Origin: Lama glama
Taxonomy: Eukaryota
NCBI GenBank assembly: GCA_028534125.1
Contig: CM052817.1
Span: 19,036,001 to 19,100,000 of the forward strand
Length of the DNA: 64,000 bases
Direction of reading: 5' to 3'
A program made the position numbers and the translations under genes. Below are positions 50,523 through 64,000 of this stretch, piece after piece (the first letter of the stretch is position 1; the number at the start of each line of letters is the position of its first letter). Under the pieces are notes generated by a model that saw only the letters and a list, made by a program, of their open reading frames with translations, was not told where the DNA came from and searched no databases.

Positions 50523-51882
50523 TAGAAACATTAGGATTTTACTCACAGTGACTAAAAACCAGACAGGATACTGAGAAGAAGTCTAAGGTATTTCATACAA
50601 GAGTTGAAAATAGGACACTATTGTCAGGTCATAATGGTTCAGTAATGCCACACCAAAAATATTTTTAGTGCCTAAAATTTCTGCCATATGCCTCTTTTTT
50701 AATGACTCTACTCCACTCTGAACTTAGAAGTTATAATAAATAGGGCTTTATTTGCTTAGAAATAGTAGAAAAGTGGTAGGTGGAAAGGGGTGTAGAACAG
50801 TTCTGCATTCAGTTTTAACATCCTATGGAAAAAAAAGGGAACAAAGGCAAATGAAATAAATTACAGTCCAAGGTTAGGTAGTTTTTAAAAACTCAGGGAT
50901 ACTCTGTGCAGGATACAGATGCATAATAAAGTTTATTAAAGTAGTTCTGACCTTAAAATGTATCATTTTGAAACACATTTTTAATGATAGTTTATTAAAA
51001 TAATATTCTAATTGATATACTTTATTTTTGGAATTTTAAAGTTTAATGTGACATATTAACGTGCATTTTAGTATCAGTGATTATAAAACGCTCCACATGA
51101 AGCATTTTATTATTTTATTATGTGCTATTTTACAAGATAATATCTTGCATCCTCTGATATTTAAAACACCATAAATACAAAATGGATCTACTCTAAAATG
51201 TATTAAAAAGTGTAACATCTATTGCCATTGATGTCCTTGGTTTACAGTAGTGTCTCTGATGACAGAAATGAGAAATTACATGGTAGTTTGATGTTTAGTG
51301 GAATGTATATGTCTGCAGGTTTTAATTTTCCCACTGACAAATCTCCAAAGGATTGGAATGAAAAGATATGCTGAACCAGATAATTTCCAAATTGTAGATT
51401 CTCTCTTAGGGTAAGAAAAAAAATTGCACGCACACACACATACATATTAACGTATGTGCACACAAATGCATAAACACACAAACACAACATGCAATCATAG
51501 TTAATGGAACGTTTTGCAAGTCTTATGTTTTATTTTATTCTCAAAGGGTAACCCATTACAGTTTAAACAACTCAAAATTCTTATTGTTTTTGGTTGGATG
51601 TCAAATGGAGACAATTTGGAAGACATGAAAACTGAGCTGCGGATTAAACAAGAGGCAAGATACAAAAGAGACCTGTAATATCAGGAGGCTTTCCATCCCT
51701 TAAAATCCAAGAGGGAAAAAGCAGTGTGGCTTTTTTCTTGATACTGATTCCTAACTTTTGCTGCTTCTGCTGTTGATAAAAAAAAACATTGCTAATAAAA
51801 GCTACTAAAATTTTAATTTAAATTTCTACTTGCAAAACATTCCTATTTTGTTTTTTTCTTTTGAATTAACTCTCCTTGTGGA

Positions 51883-51921
<39 letters not shown>
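51883..51921. repeat. (TC)n(CA)n microsatellite
   Basis: Read directly from the sequence. Confidence 0.95.
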
Positions 51922-51922
<1 letters not shown>

Positions 51923-52679
51923 CCCATATCCACAGTTGTTTAGTTTGTACTCATTCTACAGATGTCAGAACATTTCTCTTTAGAAAACTTCCATTTCCTG
52001 TCTAAAACTGGGTTAAATCATTAGTGGGGGCTCCAGTAGCACTATTCAGACCCCGTATGTGCCTTCTGTTTGTGTGTCTTCTCTTCTAGTTCATTAGCAA
52101 TTTGGTACCAGAGGTTGTAGTAAATTGCCTGGCATATCAGAGATGCTCAGCATTTTGTATGCATCTTAATTTAACTCCATACAACAACTAAGATCCCTAT
52201 GTTTTATTTACCAGTGATCACAGAAGCTAAGGCATTTACCTGAAATCACTCAACCAGTAGATAGTGGTGGAAGGTTCCCAAAACAGACATGGTAATTCTA
52301 AATGATGTGTTATTTACCAATAGAAAAAGAGGCTTGTCTCCAGTCCAGACATGAGTCTGTCCCCTCATACCTCATTAGACTAACACTACATACACACTAA
52401 AATGCTGACCTCTGGGGTTCCAGTTCCCAGAAGTTTTCAATCCATTCCCTTTCATTGATTGAGGATTAATTGATTTTAAATGTCATGTATCCTCTATGAG
52501 AACTAGCTGGTTTGTTTTCAAATTTTATGGAGTTTTGCTTTGGACATGCAGGTTAGCAGGACTGAGGTCATCCTATTCCTAAATTCCTAAACACTGGCAT
52601 CATTGATTCATACAACATCATCCCTCTTTGTTTATGTATTCCCTTTATTTCCCCTCATTTCTTTTCCTTCTGCTTCCTC

Positions 52680-53150
52680 ATAAGCAATCATCTCAATTAC
52701 TTGATATATTCCTGTTGTTATAAATGTGTATATTGTTTTATGTTAATATTTTATATATAAATAAAGTGTTCTATAGTATAGGTCTCATATATTTCTTACT
52801 TTTTTTCACTCATCAAAATGTGTTTAGTATCTATCCATTTAGGTCATATACACCATTTTTTTCCCTTCCAGTTGTATAGCACTCTATGACATGATTCCAC
52901 CAGGTTTTAGAGATCCTTTTATTCACAGTTACGATTCATCATTGCTTGTGACACAAGCAGATTGCCTCTGATTCCCTTCTGTGGACAATTTTCCTGCAAT
53001 TAACATCATTAAACATTTATTTGTTGAGGACATATTCCCTGAGGCAAACTTTTAGATCCTAGATATGCACATACTAAATTTTACTAGGTAGCAGCCAGGT
53101 TCCTGTTGAGAAAGTCTACAGCATTGTATAATCCCCCAAACAGAATAAAA
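52680..53150 (-). mobile_element. Degenerate L1ME fragment
   Basis: ttttttcactcatcaaaatgtgtttagtatctatccat; gatatgcacatactaaattttactaggtagcagccagg. Confidence 0.5.
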
Positions 53151-53164
53151 ACAATACATGCTGC

Positions 53165-54241
53165 CATTTTGAAAATAGAATAGTGAGAAACTGGTCCACT
53201 TAAACTCAGATACCATGGGCAGAAGTTGCAAAAGCCCCATTACACAGAGAAGAGGGATGCTTGAACCAGCCCTGATTCTGTTTCCTGAAAGAAACACCCA
53301 TTCCATTGATCTCTTTAGCCTGTTGCTCCATCTTCTGGGAGGATTTTCCGTATTTATTATCCTACTCAGATAGTATTTGATGAAGGCAACATTTGGGGAC
53401 TCAAGGGTCATATTCATTCTTGTATAGTGAGCTATTCTAAATCAATTCTCACAAACTTTTTATACTTAAGAGTTGTGATGGTTTCTTTAGTAGTACAGAT
53501 CTCTTACAGATGTAATTGGGCTTCTATACAGTTGATTCCTGTCAGCTCCACATGGAAATATCTATATCTTCAGGGCTTTTCCAGATATCCTTCTTAGATC
53601 TGATACATTTCTGTGTTTCCTTGCCCTCATACTTCTGTTCTTTCCCAACTGAGTCACAGGCAGCTTCAGCCAGTCATGTAGGAGAGCAGCCAGGCTTGCT
53701 CTGCTTTTCCTGAGTTGTTCTGTCTAACTGGGAAGATCTACTGGATGCCAACAGTTCATTAAAGGGTTTTGTCAATGCTTATGAAAGCCATTCTCTGTAA
53801 TTTATATTTGCTTGAAAACCAATTAGAATCTGCTTTTGATATCAAAGACCTATTTAATTTTATCTTTTACTCTTTGGGGTGAAGAAGTATCCCTCCAAAC
53901 CAGCCTAAAAGGTCCCTAAATTCCTGAACTATATTTCCTTTCTTGTTTCAGAGTAACTGATTATTTTCTGAGCTCAGTTTCTAATAATACTCGCAACATA
54001 CAGCCTATAGTAAACATCAAATACTTCCAACATTCTTTTCTACAACCTCTTCCCTCGAGATATGTTAATTAAGGTGACAATTTTACCAATTGTGTCAGTA
54101 ATATAGAAGTCTCATCAACATCCTTCCACATCCTTCCAGGCTTTGATAAGTTTCCTTCCTGTCCTTTCCCTGTTCTCTAAACTAATACCAAGTAATTTAG
54201 TACAGGCATTAGAGTGGTACTTTCATTCCAGTACCAGTTTT
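53165..54241 (-). mobile_element. MaLR internal sequence (MLT1-int), degenerate
   Basis: ccacttaaactcagataccatgggcaga...; ggtgacaattttaccaattg...; ends ttccagtaccagttt directly abutting an MLT1 LTR, the typical MaLR internal/LTR junction. Confidence 0.65.
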
Positions 54242-54605
54242 TGTACCAATCAGGATGTCCTTGGTTATGCTAAAAGCAATAAGCTATCATCAATGAAGCT
54301 ATGATTATGTTATATATCCATGGTGAAACTGCCGGTGGCTATGCTCTGTATTTTAATTCCACGTCACAGATGGAGAGATTGGCCACAACCATTGTTAATG
54401 GTGGTAGCAGAAAGAAAAGTAATCTAAGGTGTTATGCCAACAACTTAATGTTTGGCCTAGAAGTTACATTTCTCATCTGCTCACAATGTTTTGGCTAGAA
54501 TGAGTTCCATGGCCCCACTTAATCAGAGGACCCAGAAATGCAATTAATTGAGGGATCCAAAAGGTAGAGAATTATAGGAAAATAGTTGGTGAATAGTCTA
54601 GTACA
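54242..54605 (-). mobile_element. MaLR LTR, MLT1J/I-like
   Basis: tgtaccaatcaggatgtccttggttatgct...ggcctagaagttacatttctcatctgctcacaatgttttggctagaatgagttccatggcccca...gttggtgaatag. Confidence 0.75.
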
Positions 54606-54669
54606 ATTTCAAAATAGAGTTTATCTCAGGAATATAAACATAGTTTAGCCATGTAAAAACCTATCAGCA

Positions 54670-55120
54670 TATCAGTCAGGACGCTGTGTAGAACACAGAG
54701 GCCTCTCTGCACTCCAAATATGAAATATTTCAATACTGGAAACTGGAAGCTTGCACAGTTATTGAAAAGATTGATGGAGTAAAATTCAGAGAAGCTACCA
54801 CCAAAAGTCACAGCCAACATTATTAAATCAGATGGTTTTCAAGAATTTGCTGATGACCTAGTGTGACAAATGTTAACGAACTGTTGGGAAGATCTACTTA
54901 CCTCAAGATGCATTAACAAAATGAGTAATTCTCAAGAACTTCACTTGGAAACTTTCAAACACCATATGAGCATGTGTCTCTCTGCAACTACTTACTCAGA
55001 ATAATGATTTCTCCTTTTATGCCTTTCAGAGCTCCTGTAAAGTCCTTTCATTGTCAGCTTTTAACCCGTAACAAACTAGATGAAGATGATTCTAGAAAAT
55101 AATAGATACTAATTTCTCCT
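54670..55120 (-). mobile_element. Ancient LTR remnant (LTR78/79-like)
   Basis: tatcagtcaggacgctgtgtagaacacagaggcctctct...aatatttcaatactggaaactgg...gatgattctagaaaataatag. Confidence 0.4.
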
Positions 55121-55189
55121 TTGTGAGACAGAAGAGATTTTAGAACAGGATGATGGTGATGTCCACAACATACAACTCAGCATGTAAAT

Positions 55190-55420
55190 AAAACTGATTC
55201 TATCACTAGATATAGAAAAAGCACTGATAATATCAATATTCATTCATAATGTAAAAGACAAACCCTCAGCCAGTAAGGAGAGAAAGAAACCTCATCGATA
55301 AACTCTATTTATCAGAAACCCATAGTCTTAATAGTGAAAAAGTAGAAGCTCTCACATGAAATAAGAAAGGAATACCCATATCCATAATAAGAATTCAGCA
55401 CTTGCCATGAGGGCCTTAAA
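55190..55420 (+). mobile_element. L1 ORF2 (RT region) fragment
   Basis: tgattctatcactagatatagaaaaagcactgataatatcaatattcattcataat corresponds to the ISIDAEKAFDKIQHPFM region. Confidence 0.65.
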
Positions 55421-55494
55421 CACAAATACCTTCATGGACCAGTGATCCAATCGAAATGTCTGTGAATGTCAGAGGTTGTTAGCCTAGTTAACAT

Positions 55495-56752
55495 TTTCAG
55501 TTGGATGGTTAATGTCCATCTGGCATTTAACATGTGAAAAATGAAACTTGATTTCCCTCTAACCCTGTTTCTCCCACTGCTCTGGTTCTCTGCTGCTGTG
55601 TGACAAGCCATGACAATACCTACAGGCGTAAAATGACACTTTATTTACTATTATTATTACTATCATTATAGTCCATGGCTTTATGAGCTGACTGCAATCA
55701 ACTGAGTGTTTTCACGCTGGAATTTTCAGGTGGTTGCAGAAAAGTGGTGTCTGGGGAGGACACCTTTGAAGGATTCTTCATTCATATGTCTGACACCTAA
55801 GTTGGAATAGTTGAGACATCTCTGAGCTCCTTGCCTTCTCCCTTTGCATGTATCATCTCTATATGGCATCTTCACATTAGAGAGGTTTCTGTGTATCAGA
55901 ACCATGATGACTGGCAACTCCCAGAATAATTGTCCCAAGAGGTTCAGAGGGAAGCTGAAAGACTTCCTATCATCTAACCTTGGAATTCCCAGACATGACT
56001 TTCATCACACTTTAACATTCAATCAATTCACAAAGACTTGTCCACATTCAAGAGAAAGATACTTAGATTTCACCTCTCAAGAGGAGGGATAACAGAGTTT
56101 TCTGTATTGAATCCATTGTATCCACAGCCTTTCCCATTTTAATATACAGTGACTCCATATGACTCTAGATAAACTTTACCATTTCTTTCTCACACACTCT
56201 TCTTTGAATTAAGTACTTAAACTTATTTGGTCTACTTTTGAAATAGACCCACTCAGACCATGGTCAGCTCTTCTGCTATCACCTTGGTCCAGGGAGCCGT
56301 CATACTTTGCCTGAATTATGATAGCCTAAACATGGATTATTATTATGTAGTCTATTGGCTTCCCAATGGAACTATCCTTCTGAAATTTAATTATCATATC
56401 TAACACCTAGACAACTTCTATGGCTTTCCATCTTGCTCATGGAAAAGCCAAAGTCCTTAACTAGCTATAAGATCCTAAATTATTTGGCTACTTGCTAGTT
56501 TTCTGAACATGTGTCCTGCCACTGTTTCCCTTTTCTTTACCCACTCATGCCTCTTTGTGTCTCCTAAGAAACACCAATCCATTTCCCACTTAGAGCCTTT
56601 GTACTCACTATTTTCTCTACCCAACGGTCTTGTCCCAGATGCCCTTGCACCTTCCAGCTCTCTCTCTCTTCTTTTATTACACATAAATCTTCTTTACTTA
56701 ATGACTGGAACAAAGTCTAGCACATACTGAACATTGCATGTGTGGTTGTTGA
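55495..56752 (+). mobile_element. L2 3' region split by an MLT1 LTR
   Basis: cagttggatggttaatgtccatct...cctgtttctcccac | tccacagcctttcccat...atggctttccatcttgctca...aaagtccttaa...ctagcacata...gttgttgaa. Confidence 0.75.
55578..56120 (-). mobile_element. MaLR solo LTR, MLT1G/H-like
   Basis: tgctctggttctctgctgctgtgtgacaagcca...ttcattcatatgtctgacacct...attcaagagaaagatacttagatttcacctctc. 5-bp TSD cccac (55573-55577) / tccac (56121-56125). Confidence 0.8.
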
Positions 56753-57479
56753 AAATTCCTTACTCTGAGTGAAAACATCATTTTTGAATGTTAAAAAATA
56801 CAATTAATTCACCCATAAAATGTTTTTCAAAGACATATTTGCTGAGTAGATTGATATGGGTAAGACTGTCCTCTTTGCCATAGTAAGCCTTTAAAAATCT
56901 TGTGTTTCTTTTAATTATTTTACTAGGAAATACTTGATTTTATTTTTGAAACAGTAATTGTTTGGGAACATATGTTAAAATTCTTAATTATGAATTTTGA
57001 ACGCATTTAGAAATAATATATAGTTTTACTGCATCACTGTCAGGAAATTCAGACCTTACAGATGCATCCTTTTTTCAGTCATTTAATATAGTAGTATATA
57101 TTAAATAAATGTTTTATGGGCACTTGAGCAATTGTATTTTTAAAATAATTTTTAAAATATATAACTCAGTATAGGATACAAATATCACTTTAGTTGTACT
57201 TTTAAAACCATGGCCATCGTAATATTACATGATTAAATTTCACAATTTTAAGTTAGCTGATTGTATTATAATTATAATTGGCAATTTCATTTACATTTCT
57301 TTAAAGTTTGCTTTATGTAATTATTCATATATGAGTAATCAGTTTGTGGTTTGTACTTTCTTCAATACAATAACAATAAAAAATAGTCCATTCCACTTTG
57401 TTCTATATTAATATCATACTCACATTTTTTTGTCTCAGAATGATAATTTTTTGCTTAACATACTTAGAAAATGAAAGCA

Positions 57480-58600
57480 TATAAAATTTCCTTAATATTT
57501 ATTGTCTTTTCTAATAGAATTAATATGAGTTTAATGCACAACTTTCATAACATGCAGAAATAAGCAGAGGGAAAGAAAGGAATTGTCCATAATCACAGCA
57601 CATGTTAATGTAAAATATTAAATTTTAGTATATTTCCATCTGAAAATATATGCACATGTCTGTACACATGTGTCTGTGTGCAATATATGATTAAAGAAAA
57701 TTAGAATATGCATTTGACAGTTTCTATTATGTATTTTCATTTTATGTATTTTTAGTATGTGAAAATTTATGTGAAGAATGCATACTATTACATTATATTA
57801 CTAAGTTCTCTAATTTCTCTCACCTATTCTTTTAGTACTGGACACTGTGCCTTGTTGCACGGTTTTACTACCATAAATAATGCTGTAAATAAACACTCTT
57901 ATGCATAATTAATTGTGCACATCTCTGATTATTTCCTTAGGGTATATTCCTAAAATGGAATAATTGGGTCAGAGTATGAGTATTTTGATGATTTGGATTA
58001 ATGTTGTCAAGTTGCCCTCCAGGAAGTTTCCATACATTTGTATTCCCATAAGCAGCATATTAGAATACTTATTTGCATTTCTTTAATTATAAGTCATGTT
58101 GAGTATTTTAATGTGTTCATTAACCATTTATAGTTCTGAGTTTGTTTGCATGGGTAGAGTTGCACCAACTGGTAATTTTCTCAGTGTTTATTTTCTTTTA
58201 TATTGAGTTAAGAATTTAATTTTCTGAGTGCAATATGTAGCAAATTGTTTTCCAGTTTGCCATTTGACTGTTGATATTATTTATATTCTTAAGATATACA
58301 TAATTTGTAATGCATATGTACTCAAACTTTCCCATGTTTTCTTGTTTTATCTTAACTTTCTATAATTAATAATTACTTTTATATCATGAGATTGTATATT
58401 TGCCTATATTTTCTTCATGTTAATTTCCATTTGTATTATTTTTATTTCACCAAATTAACTTATATTTTATTTTGTTTTAATTTTCTCTATATCCTATTTA
58501 TGAATTATAATACTATATTTATGAAATTTATGGAGACATCAAGGGTTTTGATATGGATCCTTACCAGTGTGGTATCTTCTCACATTTATGGTTTTGTCTC
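57480..58600 (-). mobile_element. L1ME remnant
   Basis: cacatctctgattatttccttagggtatattcctaaaatggaataattgggtcagag...gttgccctccaggaag...tattcccataagcagcatattagaat. Confidence 0.7.
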
Positions 58601-59433
58601 TATCAGGGAATAAGGTCAAAGTATAACTTCCATAGTTAATTCAACAAACACTTAAATGTCTGCCTCCATTTTTGTCCAGGAGCTGTTTGCTGGAAGTTAG
58701 AATGAGTATTATAACCATTTTTAAACTATTACCATTTTCTCAAAAAGCTACTGATGTTTCTTGGCAGAGAAGGTTTGAGTCTGGCAAACAATGAGCATGG
58801 GAAACATCTCTGATATAGAAGAAAATACTTTCAATAACGGACGTGCAGAATTCTGTGATTTTACTCCATTGGTAGTATTTCCCATAATGTTTTAGTGTCT
58901 AAATAAAATTGTATTTCTTCCTCCTTAGCAATTTTATGTCAACCAACAGCTTGTTTCAACATTTTTTTTACACACTGTGGTCTTTAAGCATGACCAGTGC
59001 TTAGCAGTGGGTTTAATTCACTGTAATAATGCAAAATGCTGTTGATTAATAAAACAAGGGTGAGTTTAAGATGAGAGACACAATCATAGCCAACTGGCCT
59101 TATTTTATGTTAAACTTAAAAAGGACTTTGAAAGCCTGACTAATGAAAACTTTTAATCCATCATTTTCATTGTTTTACCAAGGTCTATGAATTGCCTAGT
59201 ATTAGCAATTAATTCCCACGTAAAATGTTATTTTTCCTTCAGAAGATACCCACATATTTACATCTTTATAGTAGACTGATGATCATCTGTCCACGCCAGT
59301 GAGAAAAAAGTTAAGCAGAACGTACTAAACTACATCTTACCCCATCTCTTACGGTTTTTGTATACTCTGATATTCCCACTAAATTCAAACTCTCTTTTAA
59401 ATTTGAGCTTCCGGTTTCTCCCTGATTCATGTA

Positions 59434-61838
59434 CACACATACTCTGTTTTATTCTGCTTCTCTTTATTGCACTTCATAGATACTTTGTTTTTTTACGGAT
59501 TGGAGGTTCGTGGAACCCTCTGTTGAGCAAGTCCTTGGGTGCCATTTTTCCAACATTTGCTCACTTCGTGTCTCTGTGTCACACTGTGGTAATTCTCACA
59601 ATACTGCAAACTGTTCATTATTATTATATTTGTTACGGTGATCTGTGATCAGTGATCTCTGATGTTACCATTGGAACTTTTCCGGCACTGTGAACCAAAC
59701 TCATGTAACATGGTGAACTTAATAGATAAATGTGTGTGTTCTAACTGCCCCACCAACCAGCTGTTTCCTTATCTCTCTCCTTCTCCTCGGGTTCCCTGTC
59801 CCCTGAGACACAACAATATTGACATTAGGCCAATTAATAACCCTATAATGGCCGCTAAGTGTTAAAACTGAAAGGAAGAGTCACATGTCTCTCACTTTAA
59901 AGCAAAAGCCAGAGATGATTAAGCTTAGTGAGGAAGGCATATCAAAAGCCGAGATGGGGAAGCTTGGCCTTTTGTGCCAGTTACCTAAGTTGTGAATGCA
60001 AGGGAAAAGTTCTTGAAGGAAATTAAAAGTGCTCCTCCAGTGAACACATGAATGCTAAGAAAGTGAAGCAGACTTATTGCCGATATGGAGAAGGTTTTAG
60101 TGATCTGCGTAGAAGATCAAACCAGCCACAACATTCCCTTAAGCCAAAGCCTAATCCAGACCAGGGCCCTAACTCTCTTCAATTGTATGAAGGCTGAGAG
60201 AGGTGAGGAAGCAGCAGAAGAAAAGTTTGAAGCTGGTGGAGTTTGGGTCATGAGGTTTAAAGCAAGAAGCTGTCTTCGTAACATAAAACTGCAAGGCTAT
60301 AAGCGGCAAATGCTGATGTAAAAGTTGCAGCAGGTTATCCAGATCTAAGGTAATTAATGAAGATGGCTACACTAAACAAGAGATTTTCAATGTAAATGAA
60401 ACGGCCTTCTATTGGAAGAAGATGCCATCTAGGACTCTGACAGCTGGAAAGGAGAAGTCAGTGTCTGGGTTCAAAGCTTCAAAGGGACAGACTGTCTGTC
60501 TTGGTCAGGGCTAATGTAGTTGGTGACTTTCAGTTGAAACCAGTGCTCATTTGCCATTCCAAAAAATCCTAGGGCCTTTGAGAATTAGGCTCAGTCTACT
60601 CTGCCTGTGCTCTAAAAGCGGAACTACAAAGCCTGAATGACAAAACATCTGTTGACAACACAATTTACTGAATATTTTAAGCCCACTGTTGTGATCTATT
60701 GCTCAGAAAGAAAGATTCCTTTCAAAGTATCATGGCTCATTGACAAAGCACCTCATTGATAATACACCTCATTGCCAGTGCGCCCGGGAGCTCTGATGGA
60801 GACACACGATGCAGTTAATGTTGTTGTCATGCCTGCTGCCACAACATTCATTCTGCAGCTTGTGGATCAAGGATTAATTTTGACTTTCAAGCCTTTTTAT
60901 TTGCGAATTACGTTTCATAAGACTATAGCCACCATCGATAGTGATTCCTCTGATGAATTTCAGCAAAGTCAATTGAAAACTTTCTGGAAAAAACTCACCA
61001 TTCTAGATGTCATAAAGAGCATTTGTGATTCATGGGAAGAAGTCAAAATACCAGTATTAACAGGAATTTGGAAGAAGTTGATTCCAATCCTAATGGACAA
61101 CTTGAAGGGATTTACAAATTTAGTGGAGGAAGGAACAGCAAATGTGGTGGAGAGAGCAAAAGAACTAGAATCAGAAGTGGAGCCTGAAGATGTGACTGAA
61201 TTGCTGCTATCTCATGATCAAATTTCAACAGATGAAGAGTTTCTCCTTATGGATGAGCATAAAAGTATTTTCTTGCAATGGAAAAAACTGCTCATGGTGA
61301 AGACAGTTTAAATTACAACAAAGGCTTTAGACTATTACATCAACTTAGTTGCTAATGTAGCAACAGGGTTTGAAAGGATTGACTCCAATTTTGAAAGAAG
61401 TTCTACTATGGGTAAAGTGCTATCAAACAATATTGCTTGCCACAGAGAAATTTCTCATGAAAGGAAGAATTGATCAGTGTGGCAAACGTAATTGTTGTCT
61501 TATTTTGAGACGTTTGCATAGCCACCCCAACCTTCAGCAGTCACCACACTGGTCAGTCAAAAGCCATCAACATGGAGGCAAGACCTTCCAGCAGCAAAAA
61601 GTGTATGATTCACTGAAGGCTCAGATGATGGTTAGCATTTTTTAGCAATAAAGTATTTTTTAATTAAGGTATGTACATTGGTTTCTGAGACCTACTGCTA
61701 TTGCACTTACTAGACTGCAGTGTGATGTAAACATAGCATGCACTGGGAAAACAGCATTTGTCTGACTAGCTTTATTGCAGCATTCACTTTATTGGGGAGG
61801 TTTGGAACTAAACCCACAGTATCTCTGAGGTATGCCTA
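59434..61838 (+). mobile_element. Tigger1 (TcMar/pogo) DNA transposon, near full length; transposase dead
   Basis: ~2.4 kb. Termini cacacatactc / gaggtatgccta (consensus caggcatacctc), each flanked by TA. Transposase start atggccgctaagtgt at 59848. ORFs 60085..60321 ([16 protein letters not shown]...EEKFEA) and 60772..61311 (LQLVDQGLILTFK...LKTFWK) are transposase pieces separated by stops and frameshifts. Confidence 0.96.
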
Positions 61839-63624
61839 TATTTACATGTTATGAAGCTTACTCTCTGTTCATCATTCTGCTTTCTAATTCTCAGGCATCT
61901 AATTCTTTATTGTGAGAAGGTATGTATGTTTATGTGGTATGACTCTGAATTTCAATTTCTTTTCTTCCAGGATGCTCGAAACATATTCTTATTACTGTCT
62001 CTGTGATAAGCAACACAGTAAAACCATACTGTATTTAGGACCTTAATTGTACCAAAGGCATAATGCATTTGATGGTTTATTAGTTGTTTGCTGAAACCAG
62101 AGACTTGAGATAATTATCTATAGGAGGTTAAACACTGATAAAAATGTGAAGGAATAGACCAGAATGTGTGGTCTTGGAGGTTTCCATCAGACATACCTTG
62201 CATGTAATCATTTATAGGGCAGAGAATGATATGGAGAAGAAAGAAAAGTGAAACTCCATGAGTTTAAACTTTCTTCATCTTTCAAATGAAGAAGTTGAAT
62301 GTATGATTCTGGGATAATTTCTGTTTAAGTAGCTTCTTAATTTATGAGTCTGTGACAGAATCAATGATAAACTTCCCTTGACTGCACAGATAGAATTTTT
62401 CCACATCTTACTTTAAAGACTGGCCTTGGTGGTCTTTAATTCAAGTGAAAGTTATCCTGGAGCCTAGGGCTTTAAATTCTTTCTTCATGTCTTTGCATCT
62501 TCAAAACCTAGAACAAAAAAATAAGATGCATTTTATTTAGTGCAAGTTTAAAATATGGTGTATAATGGCTTATGTTATACTATACAATTCAAAAGGAAGA
62601 ATTTTCCTCCTGCACTGGTAAAGCCATCCATATTGTAAATATCCAATTTTTTCTCAGCATCTGGTATGTCACAAACTTTTGGGGAGCGATCGAACATTTT
62701 CCCACATACAAAATTGCTTTGCATTGAACTACCATGCTAAAAAGATCATGTAGACAGGGGCTTCTCTTGAGATAGGAGATCTGCAAAATGTCATCAGGGA
62801 TTCCCTTTTTCATCAAGAGGTATGATTTGGCAGGTAGCTCATTAATTGGTCTTTCAAGAAATTATTGTCTTCAAGGCTGCCAGCTGATTGTGATGTTTCA
62901 TTCTCAAATATGATGGGAATGTCTCAGCATTTGAAATTACCTGCCAACTCTCACATAATTCCATGGTCTCTGAAGCTGACATCTAAAGCAGTCTGGACAC
63001 AAACAGCTATTATTTTATGGAAACAGTACCCAAAAGCTTATCATTGTTTATTTTTAATAACTAGCAGAGATTACAAAAAATTCTACTTGCCTCTTAGGCA
63101 CATTATAAAAATAAATTAACTGTAGAATGGCACATTGTTCTCAGAAGTTAATTAAATTTGGGTTTGTGAAATTATTTTACTGTCTGCATACCACCATCTT
63201 CCACAATTTTCAAAGTTCTCAAACTTTTATTAATAAGTGCAAGCTTCTTTGAATCAAGTCTTTACTCCTATTTCATAGAATTTGGTCTATGAAACTATAA
63301 AAAATTTCACACTTCTGTGAGCATGCCACAAAAAAGTAGATATTTTTATGATGATTATGTTGAAAGTTATTTTTCTGTATGAAACATGATGTTGGAGCTA
63401 TAGCTTTATAAACTGCAATAAAGTTATCACAGGAGAATATTTATTATCAGTGCTTTTGGTCTTATTTCCTCTTAAGAAATCATTAGATAAGAGAAGAGCT
63501 ACTAAGATATGCATTTCACCTTTTTAAATGATGTATATTACTGATTTTAACAAGAATCACTTTATTAAGGCAGATGCAGATAATCCCATGAACAATAAAG
63601 ACTGAATATCCAGCAAAGAAGCCA

Positions 63625-63712
63625 AATGTTAGAGCTGAAAGTAAAGCTAGAAAAATACTTGTTCACCCCCTCATTTTAGAAACAAAGAAATTGAGACTAC
63701 CATTTTACCTCT
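63625..63712 (-). mobile_element. MIR3-like fragment
   Basis: gttagagctgaaag...cttgttcaccccctcattttagaaacaaagaaattgagact. Confidence 0.6.
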
Positions 63713-64000
63713 CTAACTTTGAATAAAGAGGCAATGAAGGGGCATTAAACCTTCTGAAAAGATATTTTTATATGGTGGTGAATGAAAAGGTTGAGTTTTC
63801 ATTAAAAGATAAATGCAACAGCAGTTCGAAGACTGAGGACAGGAGCAGTTGCTTTAGAATTTTCAAATGCAGAATGAATAAAATAATGTCCATGTAAACA
63901 GGTCAAATATAAACTAAAAACACATTCTGACCCCCTGAAAAAAAAATACACGTAGTCATATAAAACTGAATTCTCACCCAGTTTCACAAGGTTCACATCC

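Noticed and set aside
60772..61311. 179-aa ORF as a TIGD-like host gene
   Set aside because: Lies inside a Tigger1 with termini and TA duplications. The upstream transposase is broken and the ORF lacks the DNA-binding domain and a complete catalytic region.
61895..61970. 25-nt micro-exon (cag|...AAG|gtatgt) followed by an acceptor at 61970
   Set aside because: The implied intron is only 51 nt, below the usual mammalian minimum. The exon is not frame-preserving and has no coding support.

Overview
AT-rich mammalian non-coding DNA, most likely camelid (alpaca/llama/camel). The evidence is two tRNA-Ala-derived SINEs of the camelid Vic-1 type and young L1 3' ends. I find no intact protein-coding gene, functional RNA gene or CRISPR array. 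Much of the window is a layered record of transposable elements: L1 of several ages, L2, MIR, ERV1/ERVL/MaLR LTRs, and the DNA transposons Charlie1, MER8, MER20, MER5 and a near full-length dead Tigger1. There is also a 100-N assembly gap. The recognisable ORFs in the track are L1 ORF1/ORF2 or Tigger1 transposase remnants; the rest look like chance ORFs. I see no convincing new biological system. The best leads are modest: a probable retrocopy of an unidentified mRNA 3' end inside an L2, two candidate cryptic or lncRNA exons, a triple TCF/LEF motif cluster, and several insertions with readable target-site duplications (TSDs). Repeat family names come from my recall of consensus sequences, not from a search, and boundaries of old repeats are approximate.
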